Assembly: GCA_007125955.1 (NCBI GenBank)
Contig: SLCF01000025.1
Location: 8,105 to 72,104, forward strand
Direction: 5' to 3'
Length of the DNA stretch: 64,000 bases
DNA from: Bacteroidales bacterium
GTDB taxonomy: Bacteria > Bacteroidota > Bacteroidia > Bacteroidales > PUMT01
Shown here: positions 19,319 through 28,203 of the stretch, piece by piece
How the letters are laid out: every line of letters begins with the position of its first letter
How positions within the stretch are numbered: position 1 is the first letter of the stretch
Notes under the pieces: model-generated
Told to the model about the DNA's origin: nothing
Databases searched by the model: none
The model's input: the letters and a program-made list of their open reading frames with translations, nothing else
Translations under genes and position numbers: made by a program

Positions 19319-20218
19319 CTACTTCTTTATCGGGTTAAAACGCATTCCCAGCATAATTTCGTGTGTGCCCGAGTTATGAGTTCTGATACCGGAGAAGCTT
19401 ATGTCGTATGAGTAGCCAAAATAGAATCTTTCATCATGTATATATCCAATTAGAACTGATGCGGCGTCCCGGCTTCTGAAAGCTGCACCCATCCATAACA
19501 TCTCCCTGTAATATGCTCTTACGCTGAGGTCAGCCTGAACCGGGACAGGCATGATACCTTTAATAATGATAGATGGTTCAATAATGAAATCGCTGTTGAT
19601 TGCATATGTGTAACCGCCCGTAAGGTAAAAATGGGTTTTTAATTTGTTCAGACCGGTACTGTTCTCATAATAGTTCAGCTTATTATTGAATAACTGGTGG
19701 GCTGAAAATCCTGCATAAAAATTGGATGCATAAAGGTACAGGCCTACTGAAGCATCCGGCACAAAGGTAGAGGCAACAGATTCAAGGGAAGGGATATTAT
19801 CCGGTTCATGAAATGTAATCCTTGTACCATCTATCTTGCTTTGAACAATACCTGCGGAAGCACCCATTGATAGTCGCATATTATCATTTAAAACTATATT
19901 GTATGCGTAAGTTCCGTACAAACCGTTCCTGCTTGTGGGGCCTGCAACATCTGTATAAACGTGGCCTCCGAAACCCATATCTTTTGATGTATGAGGCCCA
20001 TATACACTCAGGCTGTTTGTCTGGGGTGCATCTGTAATGCCTACCCACTGAAGGCGGCTGTTGAGGCGCACCTGGTAATAGCTGTGTGTTCCTGCTATTG
20101 CGGGATTTATCACATAGTCATTGAACATATACTGTGTGAAATGAGGTACTTGCTGTCCTTTCACCACGCTTACACTTACCAGAAGAGAGATGAATGTCAA
20201 ATACAGCATATTTCTCAT
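19319..20218 (-). CDS. PorP/SprF-family type IX secretion system membrane protein
   Basis: ORF 19319..20296. The ATG at 20218 gives a signal peptide followed by QQVPHFTQYMFNDYVINPAIAG, the PorP/SprF N-terminal signature. Immediately downstream of a type-B CTD cargo gene. Confidence 0.85.
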   Translation of the reverse strand: MRNMLYLTFISLLVSVSVVKGQQVPHFTQYMFNDYVINPAIAGTHSYYQVRLNSRLQWVGITDAPQTNSLSVYGPHTSKDMGFGGHVYTDVAGPTSRNGLYGTYAYNIVLNDNMRLSMGASAGIVQSKIDGTRITFHEPDNIPSLESVASTFVPDASVGLYLYASNFYAGFSAHQLFNNKLNYYENSTGLNKLKTHFYLTGGYTYAINSDFIIEPSIIIKGIMPVPVQADLSVRAYYREMLWMGAAFRSRDAASVLIGYIHDERFYFGYSYDISFSGIRTHNSGTHEIMLGMRFNPIKK

Positions 20219-20317
20219 CCGGGCAAACCCCGTCTTACAATGGTTTCCTCTTTTGCTGCTGCCTGCCGGCGATTTTATATTAAGAAAATTGCGCATTTCC
20301 GTTTTTTTAATTCGTTA

Positions 20318-23300
20318 TTATCTGACAATTGTAACGGGGCCCGTAAGTGGTTTTGCCACTGCACCTTTATTCACGGTAATTACATAATAATATGTCCCTA
20401 CCGGGAGTTCCCTGCCGTTGAAGGTGCCGTCCCACCTTTTGTCATCAGTGTATCCCCTGGAATAAAAAACTCTCTGCCCGTAGCGGTTATAGACCTCAAC
20501 CTCTATTTCCGGATATTCATCAGCATTTTCAATTACCCAAACATCGTTTGTGCCATCATTATTTGGTGTAAAGCCCGTAACAGGTTTTAGAGTATTAAGT
20601 ATGTCTATGAATACTGAATCGGTTTCGGCACATCCCTCTGCTGTTATTCCTGTAACATAATACAATATTGGTTCGGGTGGAGTAGCCTCTGTTTCCTGTT
20701 CGTCAATCACACTCAAGCCGGTTGAAGGAGCCCAGCTGTATGATTCAAATACACCTCCTGTTGCAGTAAGTGTTACAGTTGAACCCGGATAAATGGTAGT
20801 ATCGTTTCCTGCCGAGATTCCCTGCAACGGATGAACATCAACAACTACAGAATACTCATCATAACAACCGTTCACTTCTGTTGCTCTGACAGTGTAAGTG
20901 GTTTCATCCAACGGTGTGACAACAGGGTCAGGAATCGCTTCAATATTTTCACCTGAAGAAGAAGTCCACAACCACTCTGAAACCGGACTCCCGGAGGTCA
21001 CTTCAGTGTTAAGCAGAGTGCTTTCCCCGGTGCAAACCGGAGTTTCAGCATCAATGGTGACTTCTATAAAGTTTTCGTGACTGATAGTTGCAAAATATTC
21101 ATATTCACAACCGATATCGTCAGTTATTGTAAGAAGGTAATCGCCTGCACCAACTCCTGTAAGGTCGCGGGTTGTTTCACCGTTAGACCATATAAATGTG
21201 TAATTACCAGAACCTCCTGATACTTCAATAATAAGTTCACCGTCTTCAGTGAATTTATTGCAGCTTGCATTTGTTACTGATACAGTTTCCACTGAGATAG
21301 GATCGGTTTCATTTATAAGTTCGATAGTGCTCCCTGATACCGAGCAATTATTCTGGTCTTTTACTTCAATGTTATATGTTCCGGCAGCAAGTTCTGTAAA
21401 ATTGCCACCGTTGTCTTCAAACGAAGTGCCACCGTTAATTGAATAGAGTAATGTGCCGGTACCTCCCGATGCTTCAATGGTTATTGTCCCCGTATGTATT
21501 CCCGTTCCGGGGCAACCGGTGTCATTTTCCCGGCTTTCAGCTGTAATTACAATCTGGCCGGGTTCTTCAATACTTATAATGTCGCCTGACTGGGCACATC
21601 CTCCGGAATCCATTACTTTAATCTCATATGTACCCGCTGCCAGTCCGGTAAAATTATTCTCCTCATGGTATGTATCACCATTGTCAACAGAATACTCGTA
21701 TGGTTCGCCGCCGCCATCCACATTTATTGTAATTGTACCGTCGTCACTGCCGAAGCAGGTAAGATCGGTTTTTTCCGTTTCTATCTGCAATGGGTCAGGC
21801 TCATCAACAGTAACCAGTGTTTCTGCAATGCAAAGATTTTCGTCTCTTACCGTAACCAGGTATTCACCGGCAGGCAGGGATGCGAAAACAGTGGATGTTC
21901 CGTATTCACCTTCGTCCAGGGCGTATTCAAGTGAACCGGTGCCCCCCGAAGCAATTATTTCTATTTCACCCGTTTCATCACCGTAACATGTTGTAATATC
22001 ACTAACATTAATATCTTCAATAATCAGAGGTTCCGGACCGCCAACCTCCACTTCTTCGGGCTTGACACATCCTTTTGAATCAATAACCTCTATAAGGTGA
22101 TATCCAGCAGGGAGATCTGAAAAAGTCCTTGATCCTTCATTTGAATCTCCGTTTATAAAATACGAATAAGGGGAGCTTCCCCCGGAAGGCGCTGAAATTT
22201 TTATTTCACCGTTATCGTTGTAGCTGCAGTCGCTTACATCGGTTATTTCGGTAACGGTGTAAAGTATCTCAGACGGCTGGTTGATGGTTATGCTGTTGCC
22301 ATCGTTTGCATAGGCAAGGCAACCGGTCTCCGGGTCCTTTATAAAACCGTAATAGGGAGTATCGCCGGCAAGGTCTTCGAATGTTCCTGACTCCTGGAAT
22401 TCTCCGGGGATCCACTGTATCTCAGAAATTGAGTAAACCAGTGTTCCCAGACCTCCTTCAGCATCAAGAATAATCTTCCCCGGGTCACCGTAGCAGGTGG
22501 TTATAGCAGGTGCACTGAAGCTTACAAATATTGGATCAGGTTCAATAACCTTAGTCTGCGCGGTAGTCTGGCAACCCTGATTATCCGTAACCGTAACCGA
22601 ATATGTATCTGCTGCCAGGTCTTCAATATTTTGGGTTGTTTCTCCTGTGTCCCAGAGGAAAGAGTAGGGTTCAGTCCCTCCTGACACCTCCAGTGTTATG
22701 CTTCCGTCACTCTCTCCGTTACAGGTAATATGGTGAGGTGTTGCCTCGGCAACCAGTTCGTCCGGTTCCTCAACTGTTGCCTCTGCGGTGGTATTGCACC
22801 CGCTGTTGTCGGTTAACGTTACGGAATAGGTGCCGGGTTCAAGATTTTCTATATTTTGGGTTGTCTCTCCTGAATCCCAGAGGAAGGAGTAGGGTTCGGT
22901 GCCCCCTGAAACATCAAGTGTGATGCTTCCGTCATCTGCTCCGTTACAGGTAATATGGTGAGGTGTTGCCACGGCAACCAGTTCGTCCGGTTCCTCAACT
23001 GTTGCCTCTGCGGTGGTATTGCACCCGTTGTTATCGGTTACCGTTACGGAATAGGTTCCGGGTTCAAGATTTTCTATATTTTGGGTTGTCTCTCCCGAAT
23101 CCCAGAGGAAGGAGTAGGGTTCGGTGCCCCCTGAAACTTCAAGCGTGATACTTCCGTCATTTTCACCGTTACAGGTTATATGGTGAGGCGTTGCTTCAGC
23201 AATAAGCTCGTCTGGTTCCTCTATTGTTGCCCCGGCGGTTGTATTGCACCCTTTGTTGTCTGTTACCGTTACGGAATAGGTTCCGGGTTCCAGATTTTCT

Positions 23301-24283
23301 ATATTTTGGGTTGTTTCTCCCGAATCCCAGAGGAAGGAGCAGGGTTCGGTGCCCCCTGAAACATCAAGTGTGATACTTCCGTCATCTGCTCCGTTACAGG
23401 TAATATGGTGAGGTGTTGCATCAGCTGTCAGCTCTTCCGGCTCTGAAAGCACAAGTGCCGGATCAAGTATTACTTCACAGCCTTCAGATATTGCATCTCT
23501 TATCCTTACATCATATGTTCCCGGTGAAAGGCCTGAAAAATCGGGTGATGTAGCCCAGTTAATCCCCCCGTCTGTTGTGTATTCATAATCACCTGATCCT
23601 CCGGTCACCCCACCAATTGTTATAGAGCCATCATCGTAACCGAAGCATGTTATATCTTCCTGGCTAAGTGATGCTTCAATACCTTCATAAACAGTAACGG
23701 TAATATCGTCACTTGCACTACAATCCCTGGCATCGGTAACTGTATATGTCAGACTGAATGTCCCGGTGGCTTCCGGGGTAAAAACAGGATCAGCAATGTC
23801 GGTACGGTCAAGATAAACTATATCAGGACCCGACCATTCATGTATGTAACCTCCGTTTCCTCCTGCAGGATTGGCGTTTAGCAAGAGATCACTGTTCTCA
23901 CATACGGCAGCAGGATCAGGGGTGAAATTTATTGTAAGCGGATCGGGCTGACTAACGGTAACAGGTTGAGATAAAGGATCTTCATTGCTGTCAGCATAGT
24001 TTACAAAAACAACATGGTAACCAGACATCAGGTTCTCAAATGTGTATGTCTGTTCATTAGATGTTGCACTTCCGCTGAGGCTTCTGGTAGAATTGAAAAA
24101 CTGGTAAGTATAGGGCGGTGAGCCCCCGCTGATTGTTATTGTTATTTTTCCGTCATCACCTTCATTACATGAAACGGGTTCAGCTGTAACGGAAACTATT
24201 TCAAACTGAGCCACAGCGGCTGCAGGAATGAAAATTAAAATAATCAGAACCAGTATTTTCCTGCTTATATAGTTCATTTGCAA
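20318..24283 (-). CDS. large SprB-repeat cell-surface adhesin with gliding-motility-associated (type B T9SS) C-terminal domain
   Basis: Signal peptide, then about a dozen Cys-containing repeats of pattern C.G..DG.I.....GG..PY.Y. The last ~90 aa (20321..20590) read PNNDGTNDVW...VEVYNRYGQRVF...WDGTFNGRELPVGTYYYVI, the type-B CTD signature. Confidence 0.9.
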   Translation of the reverse strand: MQMNYISRKILVLIILIFIPAAAVAQFEIVSVTAEPVSCNEGDDGKITITISGGSPPYTYQFFNSTRSLSGSATSNEQTYTFENLMSGYHVVFVNYADSNEDPLSQPVTVSQPDPLTINFTPDPAAVCENSDLLLNANPAGGNGGYIHEWSGPDIVYLDRTDIADPVFTPEATGTFSLTYTVTDARDCSASDDITVTVYEGIEASLSQEDITCFGYDDGSITIGGVTGGSGDYEYTTDGGINWATSPDFSGLSPGTYDVRIRDAISEGCEVILDPALVLSEPEELTADATPHHITCNGADDGSITLDVSGGTEPCSFLWDSGETTQNIENLEPGTYSVTVTDNKGCNTTAGATIEEPDELIAEATPHHITCNGENDGSITLEVSGGTEPYSFLWDSGETTQNIENLEPGTYSVTVTDNNGCNTTAEATVEEPDELVAVATPHHITCNGADDGSITLDVSGGTEPYSFLWDSGETTQNIENLEPGTYSVTLTDNSGCNTTAEATVEEPDELVAEATPHHITCNGESDGSITLEVSGGTEPYSFLWDTGETTQNIEDLAADTYSVTVTDNQGCQTTAQTKVIEPDPIFVSFSAPAITTCYGDPGKIILDAEGGLGTLVYSISEIQWIPGEFQESGTFEDLAGDTPYYGFIKDPETGCLAYANDGNSITINQPSEILYTVTEITDVSDCSYNDNGEIKISAPSGGSSPYSYFINGDSNEGSRTFSDLPAGYHLIEVIDSKGCVKPEEVEVGGPEPLIIEDINVSDITTCYGDETGEIEIIASGGTGSLEYALDEGEYGTSTVFASLPAGEYLVTVRDENLCIAETLVTVDEPDPLQIETEKTDLTCFGSDDGTITINVDGGGEPYEYSVDNGDTYHEENNFTGLAAGTYEIKVMDSGGCAQSGDIISIEEPGQIVITAESRENDTGCPGTGIHTGTITIEASGGTGTLLYSINGGTSFEDNGGNFTELAAGTYNIEVKDQNNCSVSGSTIELINETDPISVETVSVTNASCNKFTEDGELIIEVSGGSGNYTFIWSNGETTRDLTGVGAGDYLLTITDDIGCEYEYFATISHENFIEVTIDAETPVCTGESTLLNTEVTSGSPVSEWLWTSSSGENIEAIPDPVVTPLDETTYTVRATEVNGCYDEYSVVVDVHPLQGISAGNDTTIYPGSTVTLTATGGVFESYSWAPSTGLSVIDEQETEATPPEPILYYVTGITAEGCAETDSVFIDILNTLKPVTGFTPNNDGTNDVWVIENADEYPEIEVEVYNRYGQRVFYSRGYTDDKRWDGTFNGRELPVGTYYYVITVNKGAVAKPLTGPVTIVR
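22526..23425 (-). repeat. 4 x 225-bp in-frame tandem repeat inside the adhesin CDS
   Basis: The anchor string ccgttacagg(t/a)atatggtgagg recurs at 22716, 22941, 23166 and 23391, an exact 225-bp period. Each copy encodes a 75-aa unit (ATPHHITCNG..DGSITL.VSGGTEPYSFLWD.GETTQNIE.L..). Three copies are nearly identical. Confidence 0.9.
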
Positions 24284-24489
24284 AGAATTAATTTGCTTTT
24301 AATCAGCACAAAATGCTTAAATGTTTACGTAACAAACCTCAATAGGTTTCATAAAAGCCTTGCTGTTAAAGTAAATTACAAACTTCAACAGCTTGTTATG
24401 ATAATGGTGCAACTTTAGTAAGAGTGCAAAACCTGTTAAAGTGCGCAGAATGACTTAGTAGGGGGGGAAGAGAGGATTAATAACAGTTA

Positions 24490-25722
24490 TTAAAGTTGTT
24501 CATCTTCTGAGAGATAATGTTTCATTACATATCTTGCGGGGTACCACGCGGAAAGGAATCCAATGAAAATAACCGTGAAAAAAACATATATAAAATCCAT
24601 AAACCTGAGGTCAACCGGATAGGCATCAATAATAAAAGTACCTGTACCGTAAAGTTTTATTATTTCATACTCCATCTGTAAAATGCAGACAATTGCTCCT
24701 GTAAAAAGGCCGGTAACGGCTCCTGCAATCGAGATCATCCATCCCTCAATGAGAAAGATCATGTGAACAAGCTTCCTGTCAGCTCCAAGGCTCCTCAGGA
24801 CTGCCATATCTTTTTTCTTTTCAATTATAAGCATTGTGAGGGAGCCTATAATGTTGAAAGAGGCAATCAGGATAATGAAGGAGAGAATAAGGAATATTGC
24901 CCACTTCTCTGTTTGCATAAGTTTATGGAGCCATTCATGCTGCTCGTACCTGTCCATTACCCTGTAATCTTCACCAAACATATCCTGAAGATCATTCCTG
25001 ATATTTCTTTCCCGGAAACCATCATCTACCTTTATGTGGAGGGATGTTACCTCATTGTTATACTCAAGTATCTGTCTGGCAAAACCAAGAGGCACAAGGA
25101 TATATTCAGTATCGATTTCCTGTTCCACTGAAAATATACCTGACGGGAAAATTATCTGCCTGTTGAATGCCCTTTCCGGGCTTAATGTTGGAGGTGCTGT
25201 ACGGCTTGGCATGTATACATTTACCGGTGTTATAAAACTGAGTCCTACTGCCAGAATATTTCCCACTCCCCTCCCCATTACGGTGTAATTATTGTTATGT
25301 TCATCGGTCAGAAGATATTCACCCCGTATTATCATGGTATCAACACCGCTTACATTAATGAAGTTATCATCCACCCCTTTCATCCTTACTACATGTTGCC
25401 TGTCGTCATAAACAAGAAGTGCATTTTCTTCAAGAATTTCTGAATAATGCTGAACACCCGGATGAGTCCTTATATTTTCCATTATCTTTTCATCCGGCAC
25501 AAAGGTTTTCCCTTCAACAATTTCTATTTTCAGGTCAGGATCAAATACACTGAAAAGGGATTGTATGAGGTTGTCAAATCCGTTGAAAATTGAAAGTACC
25601 ACAATAAGTGCCATTGTTCCTAATGCAACACCAGCTACCGAAATGGCTGATATAATATTTATCACATTCTGCGATTTCTTTGCAAAAAGGTACCGTGTGG
25701 CTATGTATAATGGAAGTTTCAC
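24490..25722 (-). CDS. ABC transporter permease, FtsX/LolE-like
   Basis: N-terminal TM, large periplasmic domain and three C-terminal TM helices (FtsX-type topology). N-terminus LYIATRYLFAKK is typical of LolC/E-like permeases. Confidence 0.8.
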   Translation of the reverse strand: MKLPLYIATRYLFAKKSQNVINIISAISVAGVALGTMALIVVLSIFNGFDNLIQSLFSVFDPDLKIEIVEGKTFVPDEKIMENIRTHPGVQHYSEILEENALLVYDDRQHVVRMKGVDDNFINVSGVDTMIIRGEYLLTDEHNNNYTVMGRGVGNILAVGLSFITPVNVYMPSRTAPPTLSPERAFNRQIIFPSGIFSVEQEIDTEYILVPLGFARQILEYNNEVTSLHIKVDDGFRERNIRNDLQDMFGEDYRVMDRYEQHEWLHKLMQTEKWAIFLILSFIILIASFNIIGSLTMLIIEKKKDMAVLRSLGADRKLVHMIFLIEGWMISIAGAVTGLFTGAIVCILQMEYEIIKLYGTGTFIIDAYPVDLRFMDFIYVFFTVIFIGFLSAWYPARYVMKHYLSEDEQL

Positions 25723-25732
25723 TCTGCAGCAG

Positions 25733-26560
25733 TTATTTTACAGTTTTATTCCGGGCCGTTATTATCAGTCCCCTTCCCGAAGAGTTTCTTTTTTTGAGGT
25801 CGGCATAGTTCAGTGCAATGCAAAACGGCAATACAATTATATAATAAAAAGGGATAAAAAGGAATAACCACCTGCTTTTATTATATAGCATAACTGGGTA
25901 TTTCATGGAGAGTTTCCATGCAATGTGGCCGAACCGGCCATATGAGAATTCTGTTTTAATGTCTGAAAAACCTGCTTTTTCCAATTTCTGTCTAATACTG
26001 TACGGGGTGTATCCATGCCTTACATGCTCATCAACAAATGGAGTGCCCTTCTTTGCATCAATGGCAGCGTCGTCACCGTAAGGTGTTGATATAAGCAGCG
26101 TGCCGCCGTTGACAAGTGACTTGTGAAAGTTTGAGAATACATTGATATCGTTTTTAATGTGTTCCATAACATCAACACAAAGTATTAGATTGTAGCTGCT
26201 TTCTTCTGAAAATTCAGTCAAATCGGCTGCTTCAAAATCAACACGGTCACCCCGGCTGGTATGCGTGAAAAAATTTTTACACTCTGAGATCAATCCTTTG
26301 TCAAGGTCAACTCCCTTAACCCTGAAATTTTTACTTAAACCGGACAAAAAATAGACATATTGCCCGAATCCTGCTCCGGCATCAAGAATTTTGATATCCC
26401 TTTCCTTATTATCTTTTGTTTGCGCCCATCTCCTCAGTTCTTTTCTGATATACCATGACCGGAGCAGAAGCATATCAAGAATTCGGTAAAACAGTATTCT
26501 GGTTATTTTGAAGCGGTTGAAAAAGCCGCCTGCTTCTTTTTTCAGGGGGTCATATTTCAT
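25733..26560 (-). CDS. class I SAM-dependent methyltransferase with C-terminal membrane segment
   Basis: Motif I ILDAGAGFGQY, an acidic loop (VDLD) and post-I motifs. A hydrophobic C-terminal stretch WLFLFIPFYYIIVLPFCIAL follows. Confidence 0.75.
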   Translation of the reverse strand: MKYDPLKKEAGGFFNRFKITRILFYRILDMLLLRSWYIRKELRRWAQTKDNKERDIKILDAGAGFGQYVYFLSGLSKNFRVKGVDLDKGLISECKNFFTHTSRGDRVDFEAADLTEFSEESSYNLILCVDVMEHIKNDINVFSNFHKSLVNGGTLLISTPYGDDAAIDAKKGTPFVDEHVRHGYTPYSIRQKLEKAGFSDIKTEFSYGRFGHIAWKLSMKYPVMLYNKSRWLFLFIPFYYIIVLPFCIALNYADLKKRNSSGRGLIITARNKTVK

Positions 26561-26619
26561 TTGCAGTTATTTATTTTAAAACAATCATTATTTCCCCGTA
26601 CGATGATTATCTTCCGCTT

Positions 26620-26958
26620 TCATGTTTTAAGCAGGGTATCAATTTTTTCCATATAATCCAGACTGTCGTCAATAAAAAATTTCAGTTCAGGGATTATCCG
26701 CAGCTGATTTTTGACCCTCTTTGCAAGCTCATGCCTGACGGCTTTATTTTTTTCATTGACAGCCGTAAATATTTCATCTTTTTTTGCAGGTGGGAAGAGG
26801 CTCAGATATACCTTTGCCTGGCTCAGATCAGCGGTTATCCTGACCACTGTAACTGTTATCATTGCTCCATGATAAAGGTTGTTGCCCTGTTTTTGAAAGA
26901 TATCCCCCAGCTCTTTTTGAATAAGTCTTGAGACCTTGTTTTGCCTGGTAGTTGTCAT
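26620..26958 (-). CDS. rbfA: ribosome-binding factor A
   Basis: ORF 26620..27024. The ATG at 26958 gives MTTTRQNKVSRLIQKELGDIF, a typical RbfA N-terminus and size (~112 aa). Confidence 0.85.
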   Translation of the reverse strand: MTTTRQNKVSRLIQKELGDIFQKQGNNLYHGAMITVTVVRITADLSQAKVYLSLFPPAKKDEIFTAVNEKNKAVRHELAKRVKNQLRIIPELKFFIDDSLDYMEKIDTLLKT

Positions 26959-27168
26959 ATTTTTTTCTGTAAGGTTTTTCCTCTGCTTTAAAATGCAAAG
27001 ATAACAGACTTTTATCATGCACATAAATTTTGCAGAAACAGATTGAAGGCATACAAATAATTGTTCAACCGGAGCATCTGCTCACATAAATATCCGCTTC
27101 GCTTCACCGGATTTTTTTTCATCTGATCGTGTCTGATTATTCGCAGATAATATTTAATTGATATTTGC

Positions 27169-27176
27169 TAATTTTG
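27169..27176 (+). promoter_or_regulatory. candidate -7 promoter box (TAATTTTG) for trpS
   Basis: Matches TAnnTTTG, 20 nt upstream of the ATG at 27196. Confidence 0.5.
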
Positions 27177-27195
27177 TAGACTAAAATAAAAAAAA

Positions 27196-28185
27196 ATGGA
27201 AACAGTTGTCAGCGGTATACGTTCTACCGGAAATCTTCACCTTGGGAATTATTTCGGAGCCATTTGCAATTTTACAAAAATGCAGCATGAAAACGATTGC
27301 TACTTTTTTATTGCAGATTATCATTCACTTACAACCCACCCAACCCCTGCTGACCTGCATGGTAATGTAAGGCGGGTTCTTTCAGAATATCTTGCATGCG
27401 GTATAGATCCTGAAACAGCAACAATATATCTGCAAAGTGATGTACAAGAGGTGGCCGAACTGTACCTTTTGCTTAATATGATGGCATATGTGGGAGAACT
27501 TGAGAGAACGACAACTTTCAAGGATAAAGTGCGGTTGCAGCCGGAAAATGTTAATGCAGGCCTACTGACTTATCCTGTGCTCATGGCTGCAGATATTATT
27601 ATTCACAAAGCTACAAAAGTACCCGTTGGAAAAGACCAGGAACCGCACCTTGAGATGACCCGTAAATTTGCCCGGCGTTTCAATAATATGTACGGAGTTG
27701 AATTCTTCCCTGAACCGGAGGCATATAATTTCGGGAAAGAACTTGTAAAGATCCCTGGTCTTGACGGAACAGGTAAAATGGGCAAGTCTGAGGGAAATGG
27801 TATTTACCTTACAGACAGTGAAAAAGTCATTCGGAAAAAAGTGATGTCAGCTGTTACAGACAGCGGTCCGGTTGAAAACTACCAGAATATGAGCGAACCT
27901 GTGAAGAATCTGTTCACAATAATGGAGTTTGTTTCTGACCCCGCCACAGTTAATTATTTCAGGGAAAAGTATAATCTCTGCCAGATAAGGTACGGAGATC
28001 TCAAAAAACAGCTTGCAGTGGACTTGAATGCTTTTGTTAAACCGCTGAGGGAGCGCATTATTGAAATTTCCGCCGATGATGAATACCTCAGAAAAGTTGT
28101 TCAAACGGGAGCCGGCAAAGCCAGGGAAAAAGCTGCCCGGACTGTTCGTGAAGTCAGGGAAATAATCGGTTTCAAGCCTTTTTAA
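27196..28185 (+). CDS. trpS: tryptophan--tRNA ligase
   Basis: Class I motifs TGNLHLGNY (HIGH-like) and KMGKS (KMSKS). Size ~329 aa. Confidence 0.95.
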   Translation: METVVSGIRSTGNLHLGNYFGAICNFTKMQHENDCYFFIADYHSLTTHPTPADLHGNVRRVLSEYLACGIDPETATIYLQSDVQEVAELYLLLNMMAYVGELERTTTFKDKVRLQPENVNAGLLTYPVLMAADIIIHKATKVPVGKDQEPHLEMTRKFARRFNNMYGVEFFPEPEAYNFGKELVKIPGLDGTGKMGKSEGNGIYLTDSEKVIRKKVMSAVTDSGPVENYQNMSEPVKNLFTIMEFVSDPATVNYFREKYNLCQIRYGDLKKQLAVDLNAFVKPLRERIIEISADDEYLRKVVQTGAGKAREKAARTVREVREIIGFKPF

Positions 28186-28203
28186 AATATCCTTTTCAAC
28201 AGT

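Noticed and set aside
19991-20590. 199-aa plus-strand ORF spanning the SprF-like start and the adhesin C-terminus
   Set aside because: It overlaps two strongly supported minus-strand genes. It is Cys/His/Ile-rich, nonsense-like sequence.
21453-21986. 177-aa plus-strand ORF, and neighbouring 60-89 aa ORFs, antisense to the adhesin gene
   Set aside because: They lie entirely within a well-supported 1321-aa minus-strand CDS. The translations are low-complexity (Pro/Ser/Val-rich), as expected from reading a repeat-rich gene backwards. There is no start context or motif.
22738-23148. Two nearly identical 61-aa plus-strand ORFs (22738..22923 and 22963..23148)
   Set aside because: They are 225 bp apart and are simply the antisense image of the adhesin's tandem repeat, not a duplicated small gene.
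22526-23425. Regularly spaced repeats considered as a possible CRISPR array
   Set aside because: The whole 225-bp unit repeats with no unique spacers. It is in-frame protein-coding sequence, and no cas genes are present.
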